A stretch of DNA of 64,000 nucleotides from an uncultured delta proteobacterium (GTDB taxonomy: Bacteria > Desulfobacterota > Desulfomonilia > UBA1062). The notes under the pieces were generated by a model. It worked only from the letters and a program-made list of their open reading frames with translations, was not told the origin of the DNA and searched no databases. Positions 37,881 through 47,463 of the stretch are shown here, one piece after another. Both the position numbers and the translations under genes were made by a program. Location of the stretch: assembly GCA_963798485.1 (NCBI GenBank), contig CAWCTR010000017.1, forward strand, positions 192,001 to 256,000, read 5' to 3'. How positions within the stretch are numbered: the first letter of the stretch is position 1; each line of letters begins with the position of its first letter.

Positions 37881-38660
37881 ATGGATTTTGCAACGATTAT
37901 AGGTGTGTTGGTGGCCTTCGGCATGGTCTTTATGGGGATCATTTCCGGGAGCCCGCTGACACTCTTTGTGGATATCCCGAGTGTGATGATCACCATAGGA
38001 GGCACCTTCGGGATCATCTTCATCAATTACCCCTTAAAGGATGTAATGGGTGTCTTCGGCGTTATCAGAAACGTCTTTTTCAACAAGCGCCGCGAGGTCC
38101 ATGTGTTGATCCCCTTATTCGTTGACTTTGCCTCACAGGCCCGCCGTGAAGGGATACTGGTCCTTGAGAGCGCGGCTGAAGAGCTCCGCGACCCGTTTTT
38201 CAAGCAGGGCCTGGAGCTCGTTATTGATGGCCTTGAACCCCAGGCAATCCGCGAGATCTTAGAGACCGAGATCGACCATATTGAGCGCCGTCACACCAGG
38301 GGGGCGGACATCCTCAACTCATTGGGCACCTATGCCCCGGCCATGGGTATGCTCGGCACCCTCATCGGACTTATCCAGATGCTCCAGTCCATGTCCGACC
38401 CGTCCACCATCGGGCCTTCAATGGCAGTGGCGCTCATAACCACCTTCTACGGTTCTATCATGGCAAACCTGATTGCCCTGCCCATGGCAGGCAAACTTAC
38501 CATGCGCTCCAGGGAGGAGGTTGTGGAAAAGGGGATGATCATCGAGGGTATCATGGCCATCTCAGCGGGTGACAACCCCAGGATAGTGGAACGAAAACTT
38601 CATTCATTCCTGGCCCCGGCCTTCAGAGAGCCGGTGGTGAATCGTATGCGTGGTGAATAG
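37881..38660 (+). CDS. motA: Flagellar stator A subunit (PomA/MotP-like)
   Basis: ARREGILVLE, APAMGMLGTLIGL, ALITTFYG, GDNPR. Confidence 0.95.
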   Translation: MDFATIIGVLVAFGMVFMGIISGSPLTLFVDIPSVMITIGGTFGIIFINYPLKDVMGVFGVIRNVFFNKRREVHVLIPLFVDFASQARREGILVLESAAEELRDPFFKQGLELVIDGLEPQAIREILETEIDHIERRHTRGADILNSLGTYAPAMGMLGTLIGLIQMLQSMSDPSTIGPSMAVALITTFYGSIMANLIALPMAGKLTMRSREEVVEKGMIIEGIMAISAGDNPRIVERKLHSFLAPAFREPVVNRMRGE

Positions 38661-38662
38661 CA

Positions 38663-39451
38663 ATGGCCAGGAAAAAGGTTATCTATGTCGAGAAGCCCAT
38701 GAATATCACGATGTATTTGCTGGCCTCGCTCTTCCTTTTCCTGCTCACCTTTTTCGTCATATTGAGCTCGATCAGCGTCATGGACAATAAGCGTCAGAAG
38801 ATAGCCATCGGCTCCATCAAGGGTGGATTTGGTATATTGCCCGGCGGCAGGAGTCCCTTTTCATCCACAGGTCCCAAGAACATCCTGCCGCAGAGGCCTC
38901 CTATACAGAGTGGCCGGATGGATCTTCAGAGTATCCAGAACTCCCTTGCCGGCACGGGGATCATCAGCGGCATCAGTGTGACCCAGGGTAAGCTCGGGGC
39001 CCTCATCACCATAAAATCCCCCATCCTCTTTACCGGGCAGACCGATGTGTTCAGCAAGGACAGCCAAGCCGTGCTGTCAGCCATAGCCAAGGTCCTTTCG
39101 CAGGGTGACAACAGGGTCATCATCACAGGGCACACGGATTCCATACCCTTGGAGGCTCCGCCCTATTATTCAAACTGGGGGCTGTCCGGCGCCAGGGCCC
39201 TGGCCGTGCTCTCTTATCTGGAGGCTAACGGCATCTCGGGAAGGCGTCTATCGGTGTATGGCATGGGTTCAACAAGGCCCATTGCACCCAACAGCACGGA
39301 AGAAGGCAGGAAGATGAACGGGCGGGTCGAGATCACCATAGTGGGCGAGGTCCCGGAAGATGTCGACCTTAAAGGACTCAAACAGACCCGAGGGGAGTGG
39401 TTCCGTTCAATATTCTACAAAGGGTTTAATATCGAGTTGGATGAACAGTGA
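38663..39451 (+). CDS. motB: MotB-like stator subunit lacking the conserved TM Asp
   Basis: TM LLASLFLFLLTFFVIL; OmpA-like GHTD, SNWGLSGARA, NGRVEI. Confidence 0.85.
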   Translation: MARKKVIYVEKPMNITMYLLASLFLFLLTFFVILSSISVMDNKRQKIAIGSIKGGFGILPGGRSPFSSTGPKNILPQRPPIQSGRMDLQSIQNSLAGTGIISGISVTQGKLGALITIKSPILFTGQTDVFSKDSQAVLSAIAKVLSQGDNRVIITGHTDSIPLEAPPYYSNWGLSGARALAVLSYLEANGISGRRLSVYGMGSTRPIAPNSTEEGRKMNGRVEITIVGEVPEDVDLKGLKQTRGEWFRSIFYKGFNIELDEQ

Positions 39452-40170
39452 TGTTTAGACAAAATAAAAACGTCCTCATTGTCAAGATGCCCAGCCGTTT
39501 GAACTGGATGACAACGTTCTGCGACATGCTCACCATACTTCTGTGCTTCTTTGTGCTTATCATCTCCATGTCATCAATGGAAAGCAAGGCACTGAAAGAT
39601 ACCTTCGGGTTTTTCAGCTCAGTTACGGGACCGCTTGAATTTCAAGAGGATCATGAGGTGAAGGTCGTACAACCTGTAGTGAAAACCAAACCCAATATCA
39701 TGTCGCTCAATGTCGCGAGCCTGAAAAGGAGCCTGATGATCTCGCTGAAGAACCAGAACATCGTGAATATCCCCGGCCGGGGCATTGATGTAGGCGATGT
39801 GAAGGAGACAAACCGGGGTTTTGCCATCGCCGTGCCTGACGGGGTCGTGTTCGATAAGGCCTCTAAAGAGTTGAAAAAAGACGCTGAACCTGTGCTCAAG
39901 GGGATCGCCGATGCCGTCAGGGGCATAGATGTGACCATCGCAATCGAAGGGCATACGGACAACATCGGCAACGAGCAATCGAACTGGAGGCTGTCGCTCT
40001 CTAGGGCCATAAGCATAGCAGACTTTCTTGTTTATAACCAGGGCTTGAGCCCTGAAAGGATCTGCGTTGCCGGGTACGGGTCAAAGAGGCCTGTTGCCAC
40101 CAATGAAACGCAAGGTGGAAGGGACAGAAACAGACGGGTGGAGATCATCTTTTTGAAAGACCGCATATAG
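39448..40170 (+). CDS. motB: Canonical MotB/PomB stator subunit
   Basis: WMTTFCDMLTILLCFFV; EGHTDN, NWRLSLSRA, NRRVEI. Confidence 0.92.
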   Translation: MMFRQNKNVLIVKMPSRLNWMTTFCDMLTILLCFFVLIISMSSMESKALKDTFGFFSSVTGPLEFQEDHEVKVVQPVVKTKPNIMSLNVASLKRSLMISLKNQNIVNIPGRGIDVGDVKETNRGFAIAVPDGVVFDKASKELKKDAEPVLKGIADAVRGIDVTIAIEGHTDNIGNEQSNWRLSLSRAISIADFLVYNQGLSPERICVAGYGSKRPVATNETQGGRDRNRRVEIIFLKDRI

Positions 40171-40179
40171 GAGGACCGC

Positions 40180-40728
40180 ATGGCAGGTGAGGAAAAGGAA
40201 GAGAAAAAAGAACAGGCCCCGGCAGAGAAGAAGAAACTGCCAGTGAAGCTCATCATTATTGTGCTCGTTGTTGTATTAGTCCTTAGTGGTGCGGCAGCCG
40301 GATATTTCGTGTTCGCCGGGCACAAGGGGAAGTCATCGGGCAAGGAAGACCCCGGTAAGGAAGTGAAAAAAGAGCAGGTCAAGGAAGAAGGCTCTAAAAA
40401 GGGCGGCGGTGAAGGAGAAGGTGTTTCCGGGAACATGAAACAGCTTGATCCGTTCATCGTCAATCTTGCAGACGCCGAGGGTCAGAGATATCTCAAGGCC
40501 GTCATACAGCTCGAGTTGGATAATGCATCTCTTGAAGGTGAGATCCAGGGAAAGCTTCCCCAGATACGCGATGAGATCCTCATGATACTCTCCAACAAGA
40601 CCTTTGACGATGTATCAACAACGGCAGGAAAGAGGATGGTCAAACGCGAGATTGCATCCGCAGTGAACAAGTATCTCACCGGTGGCCAGGTTACACAGGT
40701 ATATTTTACCGAATTCGTAGTCCAGTGA
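40180..40728 (+). CDS. fliL: Flagellar basal-body protein FliL
   Basis: N-terminal TM; FIVNLAD..RYLK, PQIRD, VYFTEFVVQ. Confidence 0.95.
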   Translation: MAGEEKEEKKEQAPAEKKKLPVKLIIIVLVVVLVLSGAAAGYFVFAGHKGKSSGKEDPGKEVKKEQVKEEGSKKGGGEGEGVSGNMKQLDPFIVNLADAEGQRYLKAVIQLELDNASLEGEIQGKLPQIRDEILMILSNKTFDDVSTTAGKRMVKREIASAVNKYLTGGQVTQVYFTEFVVQ

Positions 40729-40737
40729 GGATGTAGT

Positions 40738-41727
40738 ATGGGACAGATCCTGAGCCAGGATGAGGTTGATGCCCTATTAAAAGGGGTTGTCGGCGGAGAT
40801 ATCGCTACAGAGATGGACATACCGGCTCTGGAAGAGGGCCAGATAGATCGGTTTGACTTTGCAGCGCAGGATAAGGTTGTCAGAGGCCGGATGCCTTCGC
40901 TCGACGCGATCCATGACCGGTTCGCTAGGTTCTTCCGGAACACGCTCTCAAGCATGCTCAGGAAGATGGTGGACATCACGCCGGTATCGCTTGATACGAT
41001 CAAGTTCGGCAACTTTATGCGGTCGTTGCCGGTGCCGTCGAGCATACATATCATCCGGGTGGAGCCGCTACGGGGTAATGCCCTGGTTATTGTTGAGGCC
41101 AAGCTCGTATTCGGGCTCATCGACAGCTTTTTCGGAGGTAAAGGGGCAGGGAACATGAAGGTGGAAGGCCGCGAGTTTACCGCCATCGAGCAGCGCATGC
41201 TCATCAAGGTGGTGCGCTCCGCCATAAAGGAATTGGCCGGTTCCTGGCAACCGGTTTATGAACTTGAATTAAACTATGTCCGTTCCGAGATGAATCCCCA
41301 GTTTGCAGGCATCATTCCCAATGAGGATGTAATCGTGGTGGCCCAGTTCGAGGTGGAGATGGACGAGATGACAGGCAATATCATGGTGTGCCTGCCATAT
41401 ATGCTCATCGAGCCTATTAGGGACAGACTCTATGCAACCTTCCACTCCGAGGAGAAGATGAGTGTGGACCTGGCGTGGGTCAGCCGGCTCAAGGTAGAAC
41501 TTCTGGGGGTATATGTGGATATCGACGTTGAGCTTGGCAGGGCCCAGATATCGCCAAGAGAGCTCTCATCGCTCAAGCCGGGAAATGTGGTTGTGTTGGA
41601 CAAGGATATAAACGATCCGCTTATGGTGAAGGTGCAGAATTTGCCGAAGTTCTACGCCAAGCCCGGAAGGATAAAAGACAATCTCGCAATAGATGTTGTA
41701 AGTGCGATCGACAGAAAGCTCTTCTAA
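40738..41727 (+). CDS. fliM: Flagellar motor switch protein FliM
   Basis: ILSQDEVDALL CheY-binding motif; GREFTAIE, EMNPQF. Confidence 0.96.
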   Translation: MGQILSQDEVDALLKGVVGGDIATEMDIPALEEGQIDRFDFAAQDKVVRGRMPSLDAIHDRFARFFRNTLSSMLRKMVDITPVSLDTIKFGNFMRSLPVPSSIHIIRVEPLRGNALVIVEAKLVFGLIDSFFGGKGAGNMKVEGREFTAIEQRMLIKVVRSAIKELAGSWQPVYELELNYVRSEMNPQFAGIIPNEDVIVVAQFEVEMDEMTGNIMVCLPYMLIEPIRDRLYATFHSEEKMSVDLAWVSRLKVELLGVYVDIDVELGRAQISPRELSSLKPGNVVVLDKDINDPLMVKVQNLPKFYAKPGRIKDNLAIDVVSAIDRKLF

Positions 41728-41737
41728 GGAGGGGGCA

Positions 41738-42229
41738 ATGGACATAGATGACAAGACGGGTGGCGGACTTGAACAGAACGATATTGACAAACTTATGGGC
41801 ACAGGCGGGGAAGAAAAGAAAGACAAGGATCTCGATCAGGACAAGCTTGCCGAGGATTGGGCCGCGGCCCTTGAATCAGGCGCCGAGATAGAGGAGGGAA
41901 AGCCCTTTGATAAGGGCGCCAAGAAGGTCAACTTTACTGAACTCGAAGAGGGAAGACATGCCGGATCTGCAAAGGAGTTCGACTTTATCCTCGACATACC
42001 GTTAGAGGTTACCGTGGAGATGGGAAAGACCAGGATGCTCATCAACGATCTCCTGCAAATCGGCCAGGGCTCGGTTATAGAGCTGAACAGGATGGCCGGG
42101 GAACCTCTGGACATCCTGATAAACAACAAGCTCATCGCCCGGGGCGAAGTGGTCGTGGTAAACGAAAAGTTCGGCATAAGGATCACGGACATCGTGAGCC
42201 CCTTAGAGCGAGTGAAGAGGCTTGCATGA
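41738..42229 (+). CDS. fliN: Flagellar motor switch protein FliN
   Basis: ILDIPLEVTVEMG...GEVVVVNEKFGIRITDI; GGAGG RBS before ATG 41738. Confidence 0.96.
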   Translation: MDIDDKTGGGLEQNDIDKLMGTGGEEKKDKDLDQDKLAEDWAAALESGAEIEEGKPFDKGAKKVNFTELEEGRHAGSAKEFDFILDIPLEVTVEMGKTRMLINDLLQIGQGSVIELNRMAGEPLDILINNKLIARGEVVVVNEKFGIRITDIVSPLERVKRLA

Positions 42230-42603
42230 ACCTTGTGAACGTTGCATTTACGGTGGTCTTCTTCCTGTTCTCACTGCCTCTTCATGCCGCTGAATCCGGA
42301 ATGGCCTCCACAGGATTGAGGGCTGTTTTATCGCTCATGCTGGTCATTGCATTGATGTTTACCCTTGCATGGGCCATAAAACGCTATGGGCCCATGGCAA
42401 AGGCGAAAAAGTCCTTCGGATTGGACATACTTGGCCAGGTTAACCTTGGTGCACGGGTGAATCTCGCACTCATCAGGGTGGGCAAGTCGATCCTGTTGAT
42501 CGGTGTCACTGCCAATGCGATAAGCCTGCTCAAGGACATGGATGAAGGCGAATTTGAGAAGTCTTTATCCCAGGCAACAGGGCAGACGGGGGCACGCCAA
42601 TGA
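42226..42603 (+). CDS. fliO: Flagellar biogenesis protein FliO
   Basis: Position between fliN and fliP; LIRVGKSILLIGVT. Confidence 0.85.
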   Translation: MNLVNVAFTVVFFLFSLPLHAAESGMASTGLRAVLSLMLVIALMFTLAWAIKRYGPMAKAKKSFGLDILGQVNLGARVNLALIRVGKSILLIGVTANAISLLKDMDEGEFEKSLSQATGQTGARQ

Positions 42604-43358
42604 AACTAAAGCGCATTACCTTGTTTGCACTTTTAGCCATTGTCTTTCTCCCTGCATTTCTCTATGCCGCCGAAGGAGTGACAATTCCGAGCCTGAACCT
42701 CGGGGTGAAGCAGGCCTCTAATCCTGAAGAGGTGGTTGGCGCCATACAGATCCTTTTTATCCTTACTATCCTGGCGCTGGCCCCTTCCATTATGATCATG
42801 GTGACGGCATTCACCCGGGTCGTTGTGGTGCTGGGATTTCTCAGACAGGCCCTGGGCACCCAGCAGATGCCGCCCATGCAGGTTCTAACAGCGCTCGCCA
42901 TTTTTTTGACGTTTTTTATTATGTCCCCGACCTTGGACAAGGTCAATGATCTGGCCCTTGTCCCCTATAAGAATGGAAACATCACCTTTTCCCAGGCAAT
43001 GACGAATGCAGAGGGACCGATACGCGAATTCATGTTCAAACAGACAAGGCAAAACGACCTGTCGCTCTTCATGGGTCTTATCACGAAAGATAAGCCCAAA
43101 AACAAGGAAGATGTTCCCACCAGGGCGTTGATCCCGGCATTCATGATAAGCGAACTCAAGACCTCCTTCCAGATCGGGTTCATACTGTTCATACCCTTCG
43201 TTATTATCGATATGGTGGTCTCCTCCATCCTATTGTCCATGGGCATGATGATGCTGCCGCCTGTCATGATTTCGCTGCCGTTCAAGATCATGCTGTTTGT
43301 GCTTGTAGATGGATGGAACCTGCTCGTAGGGTCTCTGATAAGGGGGTTTGTCGGATGA
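42600..43358 (+). CDS. fliP: Flagellar export protein FliP
   Basis: FTRVVVVLGFLRQALGTQQMPP, PAFMISELK, MGMMMLPP, VDGW. Confidence 0.97.
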   Translation: MKLKRITLFALLAIVFLPAFLYAAEGVTIPSLNLGVKQASNPEEVVGAIQILFILTILALAPSIMIMVTAFTRVVVVLGFLRQALGTQQMPPMQVLTALAIFLTFFIMSPTLDKVNDLALVPYKNGNITFSQAMTNAEGPIREFMFKQTRQNDLSLFMGLITKDKPKNKEDVPTRALIPAFMISELKTSFQIGFILFIPFVIIDMVVSSILLSMGMMMLPPVMISLPFKIMLFVLVDGWNLLVGSLIRGFVG

Positions 43359-43624
43359 CGCCCGAAACCGTAACAACCATTATGGCCGAGGCAATCAAGA
43401 TAACGCTCCTCGTGTCGGCGCCCATGCTCATCATAGGCCTTTTGGTGGGTCTTGCCATCAGTGTCTTCTCTGCGGTCACCCAGATCCAGGAGATGACGCT
43501 CACCTTTGTGCCCAAGATCGTTGCCGTATTCATGATGCTCCTCATTACACTGCCCTGGATCATTGAGAAGCTTACGACATACACCATCAATCTTTTTAAC
43601 TCTATCCCAACGCTTGGAAGATGA
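43355..43624 (+). CDS. fliQ: Flagellar export protein FliQ
   Basis: AVTQIQEMTLTFVPK; ATG 43355 overlaps the fliP stop. Confidence 0.96.
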   Translation: MTPETVTTIMAEAIKITLLVSAPMLIIGLLVGLAISVFSAVTQIQEMTLTFVPKIVAVFMMLLITLPWIIEKLTTYTINLFNSIPTLGR

Positions 43625-44403
43625 ACGAACTCTTCAAACTCGCCCGAAGCGACTTTCTATCCCTGTTCTTCATCTTTATCCGTATCGGGACCATCTTTGC
43701 CATTGTCCCTTTTTTCAATACCGATATAGTCCCCAGGCGGGTTACAGCCACTATCGCTTTTTTTTTAAGCCTTGTTCTCATGCCTATTGTACCGCCGGTA
43801 CAGGTGAAACCGGAACAACTGAACATCCTGATGTTCGGCAGTATCGTGTTGCAACAGGTACTCATCGGGGTGGCCCTGGGCCTGGCCATTGATGTGATCT
43901 ATGCAGGCATCCAGACTGCAGGCGAGCTCATCGGTTTCCAGATGGGCTTCTCCATTGCGAATGTCGTGGACCCCATAAACGGGGTTACCTCGCCCATCAT
44001 TGCGAATATCCTGTATATCACCGCTTTCCTGCTGTTTTTTACCTTGGGCGGTCATCATATACTTATCAAGGGTATGGTGGAAAGCTTCCGCATGATTCCC
44101 ATAGGTGAGGCTATGGTCCACCGGGAATTCCTGATGGCAGTGATTACCTATGCGGGACAGATGTTTGTCATCGGGATCAAGGTGTCGGCACCCGTGGTAG
44201 GTATACTCCTGCTCATCAACATCGCCCTTGCCGTGATTACCAGGGCACTGCCCCAGATGAACGTATTTATGACGGCATTCCCGCTCACCATCGGTGTCGG
44301 GCTTGTATTCACCACCCTTATCATCAAGATGATGCCCGTGTTCATGACAGGTTCCCTGGAAAGGGCCTGGGTGTTCATGAAATCGGCCATGGCGCTGTTC
44401 TAG
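43621..44403 (+). CDS. fliR: Flagellar export protein FliR
   Basis: AGELIGFQMGFSIANVVDP, GGHH, RALPQMNVF. Confidence 0.96.
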   Translation: MNELFKLARSDFLSLFFIFIRIGTIFAIVPFFNTDIVPRRVTATIAFFLSLVLMPIVPPVQVKPEQLNILMFGSIVLQQVLIGVALGLAIDVIYAGIQTAGELIGFQMGFSIANVVDPINGVTSPIIANILYITAFLLFFTLGGHHILIKGMVESFRMIPIGEAMVHREFLMAVITYAGQMFVIGIKVSAPVVGILLLINIALAVITRALPQMNVFMTAFPLTIGVGLVFTTLIIKMMPVFMTGSLERAWVFMKSAMALF

Positions 44404-44489
44404 TGTAGTGCACCATAAACACCGCACCCTTGCGAACCAGAAGAGACTCCTTCTTGATTTTCCTCACCCCACGTATTATCGGTGAGGGT

Positions 44490-44855
44490 ATGGAAACTAT
44501 TGAATTCAGCAATGGGGTTGTGGTGGAGGTCCTCGACAAATCCTCTGTCCTTTCGGGCGACCTATACATGGTCCATCTGGAGTTTACTGCGGTTGTGGAA
44601 CTGAGCGAACAGGATGCCGAGCTCCGGCATTATTGCCCCAGCGGCAAGCTGAAGATGACCAGGGTGATTAAAAAATCTGCGGTCCATGAGCGGGACCTTC
44701 AAGGGGTGAGGACGGGATTGAAGGAGTCCTTCCTGAACACCAACAGGCCTTACATGGAGCACCCGAAGTTTATCAGCCGGTTCAAACACACCTGCCTCGC
44801 AACGTACCGGGATCAGGAAGAAAAGGCAGGGAAGGCCTCCATCCATGAAGAATGA
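44490..44855 (+). CDS. Hypothetical protein
   Basis: GAGGG RBS before ATG 44490; overlaps the mutS start. Confidence 0.65.
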   Translation: METIEFSNGVVVEVLDKSSVLSGDLYMVHLEFTAVVELSEQDAELRHYCPSGKLKMTRVIKKSAVHERDLQGVRTGLKESFLNTNRPYMEHPKFISRFKHTCLATYRDQEEKAGKASIHEE

Positions 44856-47415
44856 GAACAACCTCACCCCCATGATGCAGCAGTACCTCGACATCAAGGT
44901 GGACTGTAAGGACACTATCCTATTTTACCGCATGGGGGACTTTTATGAGATGTTCTACGATGATGCCCTCATGGCATCCAAGATCCTGGGTCTTGCACTG
45001 ACTACCAGGGACAAGGGCAAGGAGAACCCGGTGCCCATGTGCGGCCTGCCGTATCACAGTGCATCGTCCTACATTTCCCGGCTCATCCGTTTAGGCCACA
45101 AGGTGGCCATCTGCGAGCAGTCTGAGCCTGCACCGGGCGCCAAGGGCCTGGTGCATCGGGAGGTGGTGCGCGTCATAACCCCCGGCTTGATCGTGGAGGA
45201 TGATCATCTGAACAGGGAGGAGGCCAACTACCTCATGGCCGTGAGCACAGGCCAACGGCATGATACATACGGTATCGCCTTCATCGACATATCCACAGGT
45301 GACTTCAGGGCCACTGAGATTACTTCACGCCAGGACTTTGTCTCCGAGGTCTTCCGGGTGGACCCCAGCGAGGTCCTTGCCACCGATACAAGCATTATCC
45401 CGCAAGGATTCCTCGTGACCGCCTTTGATCAGCCTATAACGCCCGAGCGTGCAGGGCAGTCCCTGAGCAGCCATTTCGGAACACTCACCATGGATGGCTT
45501 CGGCCTGAAGGATGCCCCCTTAGCCCTGAGGGCATCCGGTATGGTGCTGGAATATGTGAGGCAGACCCATAAGGCAGTGATGCCCAATATCACTTCACTT
45601 AACCTTTATAACCCGGGCCGCTTCATGATGCTCGGTCCCACTACCAAGCGCAACCTGGAACTGTTTGATGCCATCTCAGGCCTTAAAGAACACACGCTCT
45701 TTGCCCTACTCAACCGTACCGGCACTTCCATGGGCGCGCGTATGCTCGCTGACTGGGTGGCCTTTCCCCTTATGGATGCTGGTGAGATCAACAAAAGACT
45801 TGATGCAGAAGAGGCGCTTGTCTCCCAGGGGCAATCGCTGAACATTATACGCGAGGTGCTCAGCGATATCCCTGACATGGAGCGGATTATCGGCCGTATC
45901 TCAGCCAGTTCTGCGAGCCCCCGGGACATGCGCTCACTCGCCGAGGGGCTTGAACAGGTACCCCGGATCAAAGCCCTGCTGAATGGGTTCGATGAGGCCC
46001 TTCTCATGGAGGTCAGGGGAGGGATAGACCCATTATATGAGCTCAAGGAAAAGATAGCGCATACCCTTGTTGAGACACCACCGCTACGCCTGGTTGACGG
46101 CAATGTGATCGCGGGAGGAGTGGATGCCGAACTGGATGAATTAAGGCTGCTGCGGAAGGACTCAAGGCAGTGGATCGCATCGCTGGAGACCAAGGAGCGG
46201 GAGGCCACGGGCATCAACACGCTCAAGATCGGCTATAATAAGGTCTTCGGCTACTACATCGAGATCACCAAGGCCAATGCCGTAAAGGCCCCTGATTCAT
46301 ATATCCGCAAGCAGACACTCGTGAATGCCGAACGGTACATTACCCCTGAGCTGAAGGAATACGAGGCCAGGCTGCTGGGGGCACAGGAGGCCATTGCCGC
46401 CATTGAGCAGCGTATCTTTAACGAGCTCAGGGAGTTTGTCATCCCCTTCATCCCCTCGCTGCAAGGTACGGTCCGCTCCCTTGCCTGTCTGGATGTGCTG
46501 GGCTGTCTTGCATGGGTCGCCGTGCAGAACGGGTATGTGAGGCCTGTAGTCGGATACGACCGGCGCATTGAGATCTCAGCGGGCAGGCACCCTGTAGTGG
46601 AGAAGGTCCTCAAGTCCGGCGAGTTCGTGCCGAATGAGTGTTCCTTTGACGCCGAGCGCGATACCATCCATGTCATCACCGGGCCCAACATGGCCGGCAA
46701 ATCCACTTACATGCGCCAGGTGGCGCTCATCTGCCTCATGGCCCAGATGGGATCGTTCGTCCCGGCAAAAAAGGCATCCATAGGCCTGGTGGACCGTATC
46801 TTCACCAGGATAGGCGCGCTGGACAACCTGTCTGCCGGGCAGAGCACCTTTTTTGTAGAGATGAGCGAGACCGCCGACATCCTCAACAATGCTACATCGT
46901 TAAGCCTGGTTATTTTAGACGAGATAGGCAGGGGCACCTCCACCTACGACGGAATGTCTCTCGCCTGGGCCGTTGCGGAATACCTGGATGAGCGCCGGGT
47001 AAGGACTTTTTTTGCCACCCATTATCACGAGCTTGCCGACCTGTCTCGCAGGCACAAGGGGATCAAGAACTATCACCTCAGCGTTGAAGAGAGCGGAAGC
47101 GAAGTGGTGTTCCTCAGGGTCCTCAAGAGAGGCTCCGTAGGCAGGAGCTATGGCATTTACGTGGCCAGGCTTGCCGGAATCCCTGATGAGGTAGTGGAAA
47201 AGGCAAAAGTCATCCTTACCGCCATAAGCTCCAAGGCAAAGACACTGCCGGTGGCACACCAGGCAGCACCTGTCCAGGCAAGCCTCTTCGAAGACAAGAA
47301 TACGACTATTATCGATGAGATTTTAAAGATTGACCCCAATACCCTCACCCCCCTTCAGGCCCTGAATTTCATCCACCATCTGAGGGAAATGATCACAAAA
47401 AGCGATTACCACTAA
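44845..47415 (+). CDS. mutS: DNA mismatch repair protein MutS
   Basis: TPMMQQY, RMGDFYE, GPNMAGKST, DEIGRGTST, THYHEL. Confidence 0.98.
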   Translation: MKNENNLTPMMQQYLDIKVDCKDTILFYRMGDFYEMFYDDALMASKILGLALTTRDKGKENPVPMCGLPYHSASSYISRLIRLGHKVAICEQSEPAPGAKGLVHREVVRVITPGLIVEDDHLNREEANYLMAVSTGQRHDTYGIAFIDISTGDFRATEITSRQDFVSEVFRVDPSEVLATDTSIIPQGFLVTAFDQPITPERAGQSLSSHFGTLTMDGFGLKDAPLALRASGMVLEYVRQTHKAVMPNITSLNLYNPGRFMMLGPTTKRNLELFDAISGLKEHTLFALLNRTGTSMGARMLADWVAFPLMDAGEINKRLDAEEALVSQGQSLNIIREVLSDIPDMERIIGRISASSASPRDMRSLAEGLEQVPRIKALLNGFDEALLMEVRGGIDPLYELKEKIAHTLVETPPLRLVDGNVIAGGVDAELDELRLLRKDSRQWIASLETKEREATGINTLKIGYNKVFGYYIEITKANAVKAPDSYIRKQTLVNAERYITPELKEYEARLLGAQEAIAAIEQRIFNELREFVIPFIPSLQGTVRSLACLDVLGCLAWVAVQNGYVRPVVGYDRRIEISAGRHPVVEKVLKSGEFVPNECSFDAERDTIHVITGPNMAGKSTYMRQVALICLMAQMGSFVPAKKASIGLVDRIFTRIGALDNLSAGQSTFFVEMSETADILNNATSLSLVILDEIGRGTSTYDGMSLAWAVAEYLDERRVRTFFATHYHELADLSRRHKGIKNYHLSVEESGSEVVFLRVLKRGSVGRSYGIYVARLAGIPDEVVEKAKVILTAISSKAKTLPVAHQAAPVQASLFEDKNTTIIDEILKIDPNTLTPLQALNFIHHLREMITKSDYH

Positions 47416-47440
47416 AGCTTCTTTGGGTTTTTTCCGAATA
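47413..47440 (+). promoter_or_regulatory. Possible sigma28 promoter
   Basis: TAAAG-N15-TCCGAATA upstream of the flhG-like gene. Confidence 0.4.
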
Positions 47441-47463
47441 ACTTTATAGAGGAAGAGGCCCAT

